Source: an uncultured candidatus Brocadiaceae bacterium (GTDB lineage Bacteria > Planctomycetota > UBA1135 > UBA2386). Taken from it: a stretch of DNA of 64,000 bases. Every line of letters starts with the position of its first letter. Position 1 is the first letter of the stretch. Below, piece after piece: positions 1-7,826 of the stretch. The DNA lies in contig CAYYAQ010000002.1 of assembly GCA_964469555.1 (NCBI GenBank), positions 1,842-65,841 of the forward strand, given 5' to 3'. Position numbers and translations under genes: made by a program. The notes below the pieces were generated by a model. The model was given only the letters and a program-made list of their open reading frames with translations. It made no database searches and was not told the DNA's origin.

Positions 1-97
1 CGTTGTAGCGCAGGTCACCCTTCACCTCTTCGAAGAGACGTTCCTTCTCCTCGTAGGGAATGTGCGCGTACTGACGGCCTGAGAGGTCCAGTCCCAT
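1..97 (-). CDS. 5' end of an unidentified gene (first 32 codons; continues beyond window start)
   Basis: Minus-strand ATG at 97-95 with GGAGGG about 11 nt upstream. Reads MGLDLSGRQYAHIPYEEKERLFEEVKGDLRYN to the window edge. Too short for the ORF track; no family recognised. Confidence 0.35.
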   Translation of the reverse strand, partial: MGLDLSGRQYAHIPYEEKERLFEEVKGDLRYN

Positions 98-233
98 CAG
101 ACCTTGAACCCTCCGACGTGATCATACGCCGTGATGTCTCTGGTACCATGGTGAGGCGAGCTGTGCTGGAAGCCGCCACGGCGATCAGATCCATCGATCA
201 TGGGGGTAACGTATCGAGGTAGAGGCGGCGGAG

Positions 234-554
234 CTACCGTGGATGTTGCGGCGTCCGGCGTTGCGCAACGCCTTGCGTAGCGTCAGCTAGAAAGCCCTCG
301 AAGAGCAGTTCGAGGAAGAACGCATCCTCATTCTAGAGGTTGCAGACCGTCGGTTGGCCGATGTTCAGGAACGGCACGTGTTCCAACTGTTGGTCCTTCG
401 TCGACTCGTAGATTTCCTCCACGCGGCGCAGGGCTTCCGCCAGCCGCTCTTTGGTGTAGGCGCCCTTGATACGGGTGTAGCCAACGGTCTGGATTTGCTC
501 GATCGATTCGCTCAGCTGCGACGTGCGGCAATCGACCTCACTGGCTGGATCGAC
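234..554 (-). pseudogene. remnant of a phytanoyl-CoA dioxygenase (PhyH)-like gene: no start codon, in-frame TAG, 3' truncated
   Basis: Minus frame reads TSQLSESIEQIQTVGYTRIKGAYTKERLAEALRRVEEIYESTKDQQLEHVPFLNIGQPTVCNL*NEDAFFLELLFEGFLADATQ. From memory this resembles the N-terminal third of PhyH-type dioxygenases. In-frame TAG at 335-333. The frame has no ATG/GTG/TTG, so it is absent from the ORF track. Confidence 0.4.
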
Positions 555-768
555 TCACCTGCGCCAGCGCCGGCGGCAGGACCGGGACTACCGGCTCGAG
601 CTCCCCCTGGTCATCCACCTGATGATCGAATCGTGCAGATCACGCAGATTCGACGGATCAGTTCGTCCGATATGGCGGTGCTTTTGACTTAGTGATGGAT
701 TCGGAATGCAGATTAAGCATTACCTGATGATCAGCTCTTCATGACCCAAGACCCGGATTTTCTCCCAC

Positions 769-2100
769 ATGACGGCGTTCCTGCTCCCCGCAAACAATGA
801 CCTGGTCGGTGCTGACATCGCCTGGCTGCTCGTCGCAGCGGCGATGGTGCTGCTGATGACCCCTGGTCTCGCCTTCTTCTACGGCGGCATGGTCCGCTCC
901 AAGAACGCCTTGAACACGATGATGATGAGCTTCGCCACGATGGGTGTCGTCGCCATCGTCTGGGCGATCGCGGGCTACAGCATCGCGTTTGCCCCGGGGA
1001 ATAGCCTGTTCGGTGGTGTGGGCTATTGCCTTCTCGCGGGGGTCGGTCTCGAGGCCAAGGGCACGGTGCCGCACCTGCTCTTCATGGCCTTCCAGGGCAT
1101 CTTCGCGATCATCACGGTCGCCCTGATTTCGGGAGCGGTGGTCGAACGGATGCGTTTCGGACCCTTTCTGGTGTTCGCCGCTCTCTGGACTCTCATCGTC
1201 TACGCGCCGATCTGCCATTGGGTGTGGAGTGAAGGCGGTTGGTTGTTCGAGTTCGGGGCGCTCGATTTTGCCGGGGGCACGGTAGTTCACATCAACGCTG
1301 GGGTCGCTGCGCTCGTCGCCGCGTCCATGTTGGGGTCTCGCCGCGACTACGGACGTCAGGCTCTGCTGCCGCACAACGTGCCGTATGTCCTGCTCGGTGC
1401 CGGGCTGCTGTGGTTCGGTTGGTTTGGCTTCAACGCTGGCAGCGCCCTGTCCGCGAATGGCACCGCGGCCTTGGCCTTCGTCAACACGCTCCTCGCCCCG
1501 GCGGCAGCCCTCGTGGTGTGGCTCGTCCTCGATCTGCAACGCACTGGCACGACCACGGCGGTTGGTGCTGCCACCGGCACCGTCGTCGGTCTCGTTGCAG
1601 TGACGCCCGCCGCGGGTTTCATCGGTCCGATGGCGGCGATCGTTGTCGGCGGCATCGCGGCGCTGCCCTGCTATTTCGCCATTCTCTTGCGTTCTCGTTC
1701 GCGCCTCGATGACTCCCTCGACGTTGCTTCGGCACACGGTCTCGGAGGCATGATCGGCGCGATCTTGGTCGGTGTGTTTGCCAAGGCCGAATGGGGTGGT
1801 GCCGATGGGCTGATCGCAGGGGCACCAGCGCAGGTCAGTATCCAAGCCATCGGTGTGCTCGCTGCCGCCGCCTACAGCGGTGTCGCTTCGTTTGCCCTGC
1901 TGAAAGCGATCTCTCTCTTTGCGAAGTTGCGGGTCGACGAACGGGATGAGGCTCGTGGACTCGATGTGCCGTTGCACGGCGAGCAGGCGCAGGGATCGGG
2001 CGAAGGTGCGATCCTCGTCATCCGCGACGAAACCCCGGTGTTCGATGCTCTCGTCACGAAGAACGCCATCACTGCCAAGAGCAGCGAGTGCTCACCATGA
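769..2100 (+). CDS. amtB: ammonium transporter (Amt/MEP family)
   Basis: 443-aa ORF with MTPGLAFFYGGMVRSKN, HINAGVAAL and WFGWFGFNAGS motifs and multiple TM segments. Its stop overlaps the ATG of the glnK remnant (ATGA at 2097-2100). Confidence 0.95.
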   Translation: MTAFLLPANNDLVGADIAWLLVAAAMVLLMTPGLAFFYGGMVRSKNALNTMMMSFATMGVVAIVWAIAGYSIAFAPGNSLFGGVGYCLLAGVGLEAKGTVPHLLFMAFQGIFAIITVALISGAVVERMRFGPFLVFAALWTLIVYAPICHWVWSEGGWLFEFGALDFAGGTVVHINAGVAALVAASMLGSRRDYGRQALLPHNVPYVLLGAGLLWFGWFGFNAGSALSANGTAALAFVNTLLAPAAALVVWLVLDLQRTGTTTAVGAATGTVVGLVAVTPAAGFIGPMAAIVVGGIAALPCYFAILLRSRSRLDDSLDVASAHGLGGMIGAILVGVFAKAEWGGADGLIAGAPAQVSIQAIGVLAAAAYSGVASFALLKAISLFAKLRVDERDEARGLDVPLHGEQAQGSGEGAILVIRDETPVFDALVTKNAITAKSSECSP

Positions 2101-2231
2101 AGCTAATCACGGCAGTCATCCGTCCCGAACAACTCAATCTCGTCCTCGAAGGTCTGTTCCGCGCCCAGGTGCACGCGGTGGACAGGGATTGCGTGCCCGC
2201 GGCAGAGCTGATCGGTCTTTTGGGAGATTGA
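2097..2231 (+). pseudogene. glnK: truncated, chimeric P-II (GlnK) remnant: 24 GlnK-like codons fused to a copy of the otsA-otsB 3' end
   Basis: MKLITAVIRPEQLNLVLEGLFRAQV matches the P-II N-terminus. From nt 2168 the ORF continues as HAVDRDCVPAAELIGLLGD*, identical to the C-terminus of the 13710-15983 ORF. 44 codons versus about 112 for P-II. Confidence 0.7.
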
Positions 2232-2241
2232 TCACGTCCCT
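2168..2241. repeat. 74-bp perfect inverted repeat, copy A (ectopic copy of the otsA-otsB 3' end plus 17 nt downstream)
   Basis: ggtgcacgcggtggacagggattgcgtgcccgcggcagagctgatcggtcttttgggagattgatcacgtccct is the exact reverse complement of 13700-13773 (checked base by base). The flanks diverge on both sides. Confidence 0.95.
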
Positions 2242-2418
2242 ATGTTCTCGGCGCCTTGCCGAGCCCCGATCTCAAGTTGCCAAGAGCCAAGTCGTCCGGA
2301 GGTTACACGGGCAAGAACTCGAACAACCCGGAGCACCCGCAGCAGAGTTCCTTCATGGTAGAGATGCTGGTCACGCGGAACGTGCGTCCAGCCCCGAGTT
2401 CGGTCAAGATCGTCGGTC

Positions 2419-2736
2419 ATGCAACTGACCGTGATCACTGAAGACGTCGTGCGCAGCATCGCGACTCTCGATCTGGCCTTCGAAGCCGTGGCCGCGGACG
2501 AAGCCAGGATCTTGCCTGTGGTTCTCGCCGAGACCGGACTGCCGAGCGCCCTCATCAGCGCCGGCTACCTCAACGGTCTGCGCACCGCCGCGGCCAACGC
2601 CGTCGCGATCGATCGGTTGGCACGCGAAGACTCGTCTGTCTTGGGTGTGCTGGGCGCGGGCCATCAGGCCGAGTTCGAAGTGCGCGCCGTCGCCGCCCGC
2701 CGCGGCATCGAAACCGTCAAGGTGTGGAAGCGTTAG
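2419..2736 (+). pseudogene. ornithine cyclodeaminase / mu-crystallin family remnant (internal deletion and C-terminal truncation)
   Basis: 105 aa versus about 320 expected. An N-terminal segment (MQLTVITEDVVRSIATLDLAFEAVAADEA) joins directly to the LRTAAANAVAIDRLA...LGAGHQAEFEVRAVAA...VKVWKR Rossmann start. Everything after that is missing. Confidence 0.6.
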
Positions 2737-2758
2737 TCGCGAGCGGGAAGAGAGACCC

Positions 2759-4072
2759 CTACTTGATCAACAGGTCCGCCGCGGCTTCGCGGTCCGAGGA
2801 CATCGAGAACTCCTTCACGACCGCGCGGCGATCGCGCTCGGACAGCTTCTGCAGCTCGCTGCGGAAGAGTTTCACGACTTTCATGCGAGTGCGGTCGAAC
2901 GAGAATGCGTCGAGCAGCCTCGCTGCGGAGGATCGCGTGAAGCCACCCTTGAAGTGAGGCTTTAGCAGTTCCAGGAACTTTAGCCGACCGCTGTCGAAGC
3001 TCCCGATCTTGGCGTACGCGACCAGGTCGTCGCCGTTCACGGGCGGGAAGTTGTGCGCGCACAGCGTCTTCAACGTCTCCCTCCGGCCCGAGTCGAACGA
3101 GTTCGTCCGGATGAAGGCCAGGGCTTCGTCGGTGCCGGTCAGGTGAACCTTCGCGATGACCTTGGACAGGATCGCCTTGCGACCCGATTCGAAGCTGGCG
3201 GTCTGCATGAGTGCTACCGCCTCGGTGCCGTTGAGCTTCGTTAGCTTTGGGGCGCCGAATTTGACGACCTTCTGCCGCCCGCTGTCGAAGCTCTGCAGCT
3301 TGACGTGCCGCGTCAGGGTGGCCGGGTCGATTTCTTCGAGCGTCGCGTAGATCGCGCCGATCAAGTTCGAGCGGTTGGAGTCGAAGTTCATCGATTCGAT
3401 CGCGACGTCGGCGCGCTTGCCCTTCAGTCGACCGCGCGGCAACAGGACCTCGACGCAGAGTTCCTGGCACACTTCTGGGAACGTGATCTCGTCGAGGATC
3501 GATTCGAGGTCGGCTGTCGAACCCGTGTCCGAACGCTTCAGGAGAATATCGCTCAATGCGACGATGGTCTTCTTGGCCTGCGTGGCGCTGATAAGTCGAC
3601 CGAAGCTCGCCGGACCGACATCACTGAGCCTCTTCGCGCCGGCGAGGAGCAGGTCGTCGATGACGTGAGAGTACTTGCCGTCGCCGCGGCTGTACACGAA
3701 AGTACGACCGTTGATGGTCGTGATGCTCACCGATTTCATGGACGAGTTGTCCGTGAGGCGCGGGGGAATCGCGACGGCCTCGGTCAGGAGCACCAGGTGC
3801 TCGCTGTCGATGGTCTTCACCGATTCGAGGGTTCGGACCAGCGCGTCGTGGTGCTCCTTCGTCTCGGGCAGCGGGACCGTGTCGAGCACCTTCCGGGTGG
3901 CCTCGAGGTCGGTCGTGCTGACCAGGACCTCCGCGCTCGGGAAAGCTTGCTGGAATCGTGGGCCGGTCCGCGGGGGAACCGTGCCGCTGGTGGTGCTGCT
4001 GTAGATGTCAACGCTGCAGCTAGGAAGCAGGAATGCGAGGGAGAGAAAGAGAGTCGTAGTGATGGCGCGCAT
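2759..4072 (-). CDS. lipoprotein with C-terminal tandem DUF4476-like repeats
   Basis: Signal peptide with lipobox (LAFLLPSC). The C-terminal half has six roughly 38-aa repeats carrying SF[DE]SGR-type motifs (QSFDSGRQ, ASFESGRK, NSFDSGRR, GSFDSGRL, FSFDRTRM, FSMSSDRE). Confidence 0.75.
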   Translation of the reverse strand: MRAITTTLFLSLAFLLPSCSVDIYSSTTSGTVPPRTGPRFQQAFPSAEVLVSTTDLEATRKVLDTVPLPETKEHHDALVRTLESVKTIDSEHLVLLTEAVAIPPRLTDNSSMKSVSITTINGRTFVYSRGDGKYSHVIDDLLLAGAKRLSDVGPASFGRLISATQAKKTIVALSDILLKRSDTGSTADLESILDEITFPEVCQELCVEVLLPRGRLKGKRADVAIESMNFDSNRSNLIGAIYATLEEIDPATLTRHVKLQSFDSGRQKVVKFGAPKLTKLNGTEAVALMQTASFESGRKAILSKVIAKVHLTGTDEALAFIRTNSFDSGRRETLKTLCAHNFPPVNGDDLVAYAKIGSFDSGRLKFLELLKPHFKGGFTRSSAARLLDAFSFDRTRMKVVKLFRSELQKLSERDRRAVVKEFSMSSDREAAADLLIK

Positions 4073-4444
4073 TTGGGCTATTGGGTTGGCGGAGGCTCGA
4101 GGATTCTACTGACGTGGACGGCACGGTTTCGATCTCGTCGTTGCTCGTTCGGAATGAACGACGGATATTGCGCTCTCAGTCAGGGAATCGGCGAAATACC
4201 GCCGGAGCGAATCCTTGGGCTCCCTGGAGAGCGGCTCCGCCGCGGCCCCAAGAGAGGGATGCGGAGGCGGTTGCACTCCCGGTTGCTCCGCAACGAGGGG
4301 CAGGCGGAGTTCGCGCGACGGTAGATTCGAAGAAGGTCTACGTGGCGTTTCGGTACGCGTCGGATCAGTCGGTGGACTGGATGGATCTTGGGACTCGGCC
4401 TCGTGGGTTCGAATGGCGTCCCGAATCTGCGCGCCAGCGGCAGC

Positions 4445-4744
4445 ATGAAAGCCGGGACCGAGATGACGTTGAATCTGAGCAGCGCCCGGCCGTCGAGTCC
4501 CGGCCTGCTGGTGTTCGGATCATCGCCGACATTCCAACCGTTCATGGGCGGCACGTTGGTGCCGAGGACCGACGTGATACAGTTCGGGCTCGGGACGGAT
4601 ACGAGGGGCGGACTGACGATCACTACGACCTGGCCGATCGGTTTCCCGCGCAACCTCTCACTCTATCTGCAGGTGTGGCTCGCCGACGGAAGCGCGAGGT
4701 TCGGTGCGTCGGCCATCAACGCCCTGCTCGGCGTGACGCGCTGA
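4445..4744 (+). CDS. small ORF encoding only the C-terminal domain shared with the 6161-7330 and 30627-30950 products (possible fragment)
   Basis: The track ORF starts at TTG 4388; the first ATG is at 4445. There is no signal peptide. The C-terminal pattern GGTLVP...LSLYLQVWLADGSARFGASAINALLGV resembles ...GLILYAEWYVVDPAINKAGIGTSGGLAITI at 30627-30950. Confidence 0.35.
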   Translation: MKAGTEMTLNLSSARPSSPGLLVFGSSPTFQPFMGGTLVPRTDVIQFGLGTDTRGGLTITTTWPIGFPRNLSLYLQVWLADGSARFGASAINALLGVTR

Positions 4745-4796
4745 GTGTCGCAGAGGTGCCTCGAAGACCGGCCCCCGAGGGGATAGGATCCGGTCG

Positions 4797-5183
4797 ATGG
4801 ACTTCATTCACGTCGGCCTCGTCAGTCAATCGCAAGAGAACGCCGATCGTTTCTTCGGTGAACTGCTCGGGCTCAAGAAGACCCGCACGAGTCAGCTCCC
4901 GCGGGAGATCACGCAGGGCCTCTTCGGCGTAGATCAGGACTGCGACCTGATCTACTACGGCGAATCCGGTCTCGTCTTCGAGGTCTTCGTCATGGGATGG
5001 AGCGAGCCGTCCGACCGCCGCATCAGCCACACCTGCATCGAGGTGGACGACCAGGCGGGCCTGCTCACGCGCTGCCGCGAAATGGGCTTCGAGGTTCGCG
5101 AGGTCAAAAAGGGCGAGAAGGTCATCGTGTTCATTGCGGACGCGGACGGCAACCTCTTCGAAGTGAAGGGTCGGGCAAGCTGA
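4797..5183 (+). CDS. VOC (glyoxalase/bleomycin-resistance/dioxygenase) family protein
   Basis: 128 aa. It has the pattern MDFIHVGLVSQSQENADRFFGELLGLKK ... HTCIEVDD ... DADGNLFEV, typical of a single VOC module. Confidence 0.75.
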   Translation: MDFIHVGLVSQSQENADRFFGELLGLKKTRTSQLPREITQGLFGVDQDCDLIYYGESGLVFEVFVMGWSEPSDRRISHTCIEVDDQAGLLTRCREMGFEVREVKKGEKVIVFIADADGNLFEVKGRAS

Positions 5184-5277
5184 GTCGGAATTCCCCGATC
5201 GCGGCTTGCAGGACGCAATGACACCCATAGTCTCCTGGCCCCTCACTCACAGTACTCAGTTCAGATAGAGAGATCCC

Positions 5278-6159
5278 ATGGCTGACCTCGACGGCGTCAA
5301 AGAAAGCAAACAGTTCTACGCGGACGTTCCCCAAGAATCCGACGGCTTCTTCTTGAAGGGCTCCAACAACCTGGATTGGGGCATGAAGAATCGCCTGGCG
5401 CGGATCTTCAACCCGAAGTCAGGGAACACCGTGATGTTGGCCTTCGACCACGGCTACTTCATGGGCGCGACCACGGGCCTCGAGCGCATCGACATCACCA
5501 TCAATCCGCTGATCCCGCACGCCGACACGCTCATGCTGACTCGCGGAGTTCTCCGCAGCCTCGTTCCCGCCGACACGCAGAAGTCGATCGTGCTGCGGGC
5601 GTCCGGTGGGCCGAGCATCCTCAGCGAACTCTCCAACGAGGGGATCGCGGTGGACATCGAGGAGTCGATCCGCCTGAACGTGTGTGCGATGGCCGTGCAG
5701 GTGTTCATCGGCGGCGAGTACGAGAAGCAGTCGATCATGAATCTCACAAAGCTGGTCGACATGGGCAACCGCTACGGCATCCCGACTCTCGCCGTGACCG
5801 CTGTTGGCAAGGACATGGCGCGCGACGCCAAGTATTTCCGTCTCGCGACCCGAATCTGCGCGGAGCTCGGCGCCCAATACCTGAAGACGTACTACGTCGA
5901 AGAGGGCTTCGAGACCGTGACATCGTGCTGCCCGGTCCCGATCGTGATCGCCGGTGGCAAGAAGCGCCCCGAACTCGACGCGCTCCAGATGGCGCACAAC
6001 GCGATCAATCAAGGCGCGCGCGGCGTCGACATGGGCCGCAACATCTTCCAGTCGGACGCGCCGACGGCGATGCTGCAGGCGGTCCGCGCTGTCGTTCACG
6101 ACGGCGAGTCACCGGAGCACGCGTTCGACCTCTACAACACGTTCAAGAACGAGGCGTGA
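5278..6159 (+). CDS. lsrF: LsrF-like class I aldolase / 3-hydroxy-5-phosphonooxypentane-2,4-dione thiolase family
   Basis: 293 aa, colinear with E. coli LsrF as I recall it (MADLD..., [64 protein letters not shown]). Confidence 0.85.
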   Translation: MADLDGVKESKQFYADVPQESDGFFLKGSNNLDWGMKNRLARIFNPKSGNTVMLAFDHGYFMGATTGLERIDITINPLIPHADTLMLTRGVLRSLVPADTQKSIVLRASGGPSILSELSNEGIAVDIEESIRLNVCAMAVQVFIGGEYEKQSIMNLTKLVDMGNRYGIPTLAVTAVGKDMARDAKYFRLATRICAELGAQYLKTYYVEEGFETVTSCCPVPIVIAGGKKRPELDALQMAHNAINQGARGVDMGRNIFQSDAPTAMLQAVRAVVHDGESPEHAFDLYNTFKNEA

Positions 6160-6160
6160 G

Positions 6161-7330
6161 TCACTTCGCGTAGCGAAGGATCGGATTGTGGCCCGGGTCG
6201 ATGTACGGCCCGTATCCGTAGCTGCTCTTGGCCGTGGTGTTGTACTGGAACAACGCCGTCCGCCGCACGGCGCGCGGTTCCGTGGGGATCCGGATCATCG
6301 TGGCGCGGGACAGCTTCAGCCCCTTGGTTTGTGTGTCTTCGAACATCGCCTGCGCCCAGATCTCGAGGCCCGTGTGCGCCTTGTTGATCGGTACCAGCCC
6401 GTCGGGTGTGCCGCTCGGAAAGATGTAGCCACTCCACGCACCGGGAGCCGGTGACGCCAACCGGGTGTTTACCAGCAGGAACCTCCGTACGTCGAGGTAC
6501 AGCAGATTGCAGGTGATGCCCGTGAACGGAAAACCACTGGGGATGCCGACGAAGCTCACTACGTTCACAACGGGTCTGGCCCGAGCCGTGAAGTAGCTGA
6601 ACGTGAAGAGGCGGTGCTTGCCGCGGTACTTCGCGTCGTGGTGGTTGGAGCCGTACGCCGTGCAGTGCAGGAAGTTCGTCGCCGGCAGCGACCCAGCGCT
6701 GTCGATGCAGCCTCCTTTGGTCCCCGCCTTCCCGAAGTAGGTCTGCGGCGCCTCGTTGAAGGACGCGGATGGGAAGGCATCGAGGAAGTAGTGGTAGATC
6801 TTGCTCGTCGCCCAGGCGGCGTTGTTAGCCAACGTGCCGCCATTGAAATCGAAGTCGAGGCAGATGTCCTTGTTGCCCGTGTAAGGCCAGGTGGTCCCGA
6901 AGGGAAACCGCTTCGTCCACTTCGTGGGTAGGTTCGTCGGGGTGCCTATATTCGTGGGCCAGGTGATCGACCCGGAGAAGACGCGCGTGGGAGCGCCGTT
7001 CGGGTTGAGGCTGAACGTCGGGACGATGTTGTCCATGTCGCCCTCGCCGATGGACAACCTCACGTCCGACCACGTCCGGCCCATCGAGGACGTCGAGGTG
7101 CTCGCCCTGAAATCGATTCGCATCGCGACCTCCTTGACGAGCATGGTCGACTTGAGGAACTCGCCGTCGAACAGCATGTGTCGGGCGCTCGGATACGCGC
7201 CGAACAGGTAGGACTCGACATCGCCCTCGATGCTGAGAAGCCCGGTCGGGGAGGTGACGTGAGTCTGCGCCGTGGTGTGTCCGCAGAGGAGGAGCAGGAC
7301 GCTGAGCAGTGGTATTCGATTCCGGTGCAT
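6161..7330 (-). CDS. secreted hypothetical protein (uncharacterised family)
   Basis: Start taken at the internal ATG giving MHRNRIPLLSVLLLLCGHTTAQ (signal peptide). The C-terminal motif TGLEIWAQAMFEDTQTKGLKLSRATMIRI is related to the other two loci. No known domain recognised. Confidence 0.7.
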   Translation of the reverse strand: MHRNRIPLLSVLLLLCGHTTAQTHVTSPTGLLSIEGDVESYLFGAYPSARHMLFDGEFLKSTMLVKEVAMRIDFRASTSTSSMGRTWSDVRLSIGEGDMDNIVPTFSLNPNGAPTRVFSGSITWPTNIGTPTNLPTKWTKRFPFGTTWPYTGNKDICLDFDFNGGTLANNAAWATSKIYHYFLDAFPSASFNEAPQTYFGKAGTKGGCIDSAGSLPATNFLHCTAYGSNHHDAKYRGKHRLFTFSYFTARARPVVNVVSFVGIPSGFPFTGITCNLLYLDVRRFLLVNTRLASPAPGAWSGYIFPSGTPDGLVPINKAHTGLEIWAQAMFEDTQTKGLKLSRATMIRIPTEPRAVRRTALFQYNTTAKSSYGYGPYIDPGHNPILRYAK

Positions 7331-7448
7331 GGGGGGGCGGGGGCCTGGATTCGGCACCTTCCTATTAAACCGCATTCTCGATGGGTTTCGAGGGGGTCTG
7401 ATGAGGAACCTGTGGTGGCAATGCCATCGTGCCCTATCGGTGCAGTGT

Positions 7449-7800
7449 TCACCCTCCGAGCAGGCGTGCCGCCTCGTGTATCCCGCTTTCCTCGGCCCAT
7501 TCCGCGGTCGTTCCTTCGTAAGCTGTGTCGCGCAGTGTCCGGTCGGCGCCGCGCGCGATCAGCAGGGCGGTGGTCGCGAGGTTGCCGAACTGTGCGGCGA
7601 CGTGCAGGGCCGTCGCCCCGGTGCCGTGACCGGATCCGCCAAAGTCGCGCTCTAGGTTGACGTCCGCGCCGTGTGCGAGCAGCCACTCGATCGCGGGCAG
7701 CCGACCCCCGTAGGTCGCCCACAGGGGGGGCGTGCCGCGGTAGGCATTGCTGTCGAGCGCTAAATGTTGATGGATCGTCGGCGTGCCGGATGCTGTTTTC
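7449..7800 (-). pseudogene. ankyrin-repeat gene lacking any in-frame start codon (N-terminally truncated or frameshifted)
   Basis: A minus frame not in the ORF track reads ...HQHLALDSNAYRGTPPLWATYGGRLPAIEWLLAHGADVNLERDFGGSGHGTGATALHVAAQFGNLATTALLIARGADRTLRDTAYEGTTAEWAEESGIHEAARLLGG*. The frame is open from about 7865 but has no ATG/GTG/TTG. The nearest ATG (7812) is in another frame. Confidence 0.55.
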
Positions 7801-7826
7801 CAGCTCGCCCATGAGAAGATCCCAAC

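Noticed and set aside
256-271. 16-bp perfect palindrome GGCGTTGCGCAACGCC.
   Set aside because: It could be an operator for the gene at 1-97. However, it lies inside the PhyH-like remnant frame, is a single copy, and I cannot tie it to any known regulator consensus.
333-335. In-frame TAG codons inside conserved sequence (333-335 in the PhyH-like remnant; 55202-55204 in the dioxygenase remnant), considered as possible stop-codon recoding.
   Set aside because: TAG is used as an ordinary terminator by several intact genes here (lctP, phnY, S8 protease). Both affected genes also lack starts and are truncated. The dioxygenase TAG aligns with an expected Lys (AAG to TAG). These are plain nonsense mutations.
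671-690. Sigma-54-like element TGGCGG-N5-TTGAC about 80 nt upstream of amtB.
   Set aside because: The -24 GG is present, but the position that should hold the invariant -12 GC reads GA. There is no evidence for an enhancer-binding site. Left as unproven.
4406-4414. GGTTCGAAT, a perfect tRNA T-loop consensus.
   Set aside because: Flanking bases (CGTGG / GGCGT) cannot form a T-stem, and no acceptor or anticodon arms can be drawn. The segment lies in a plausible coding frame.
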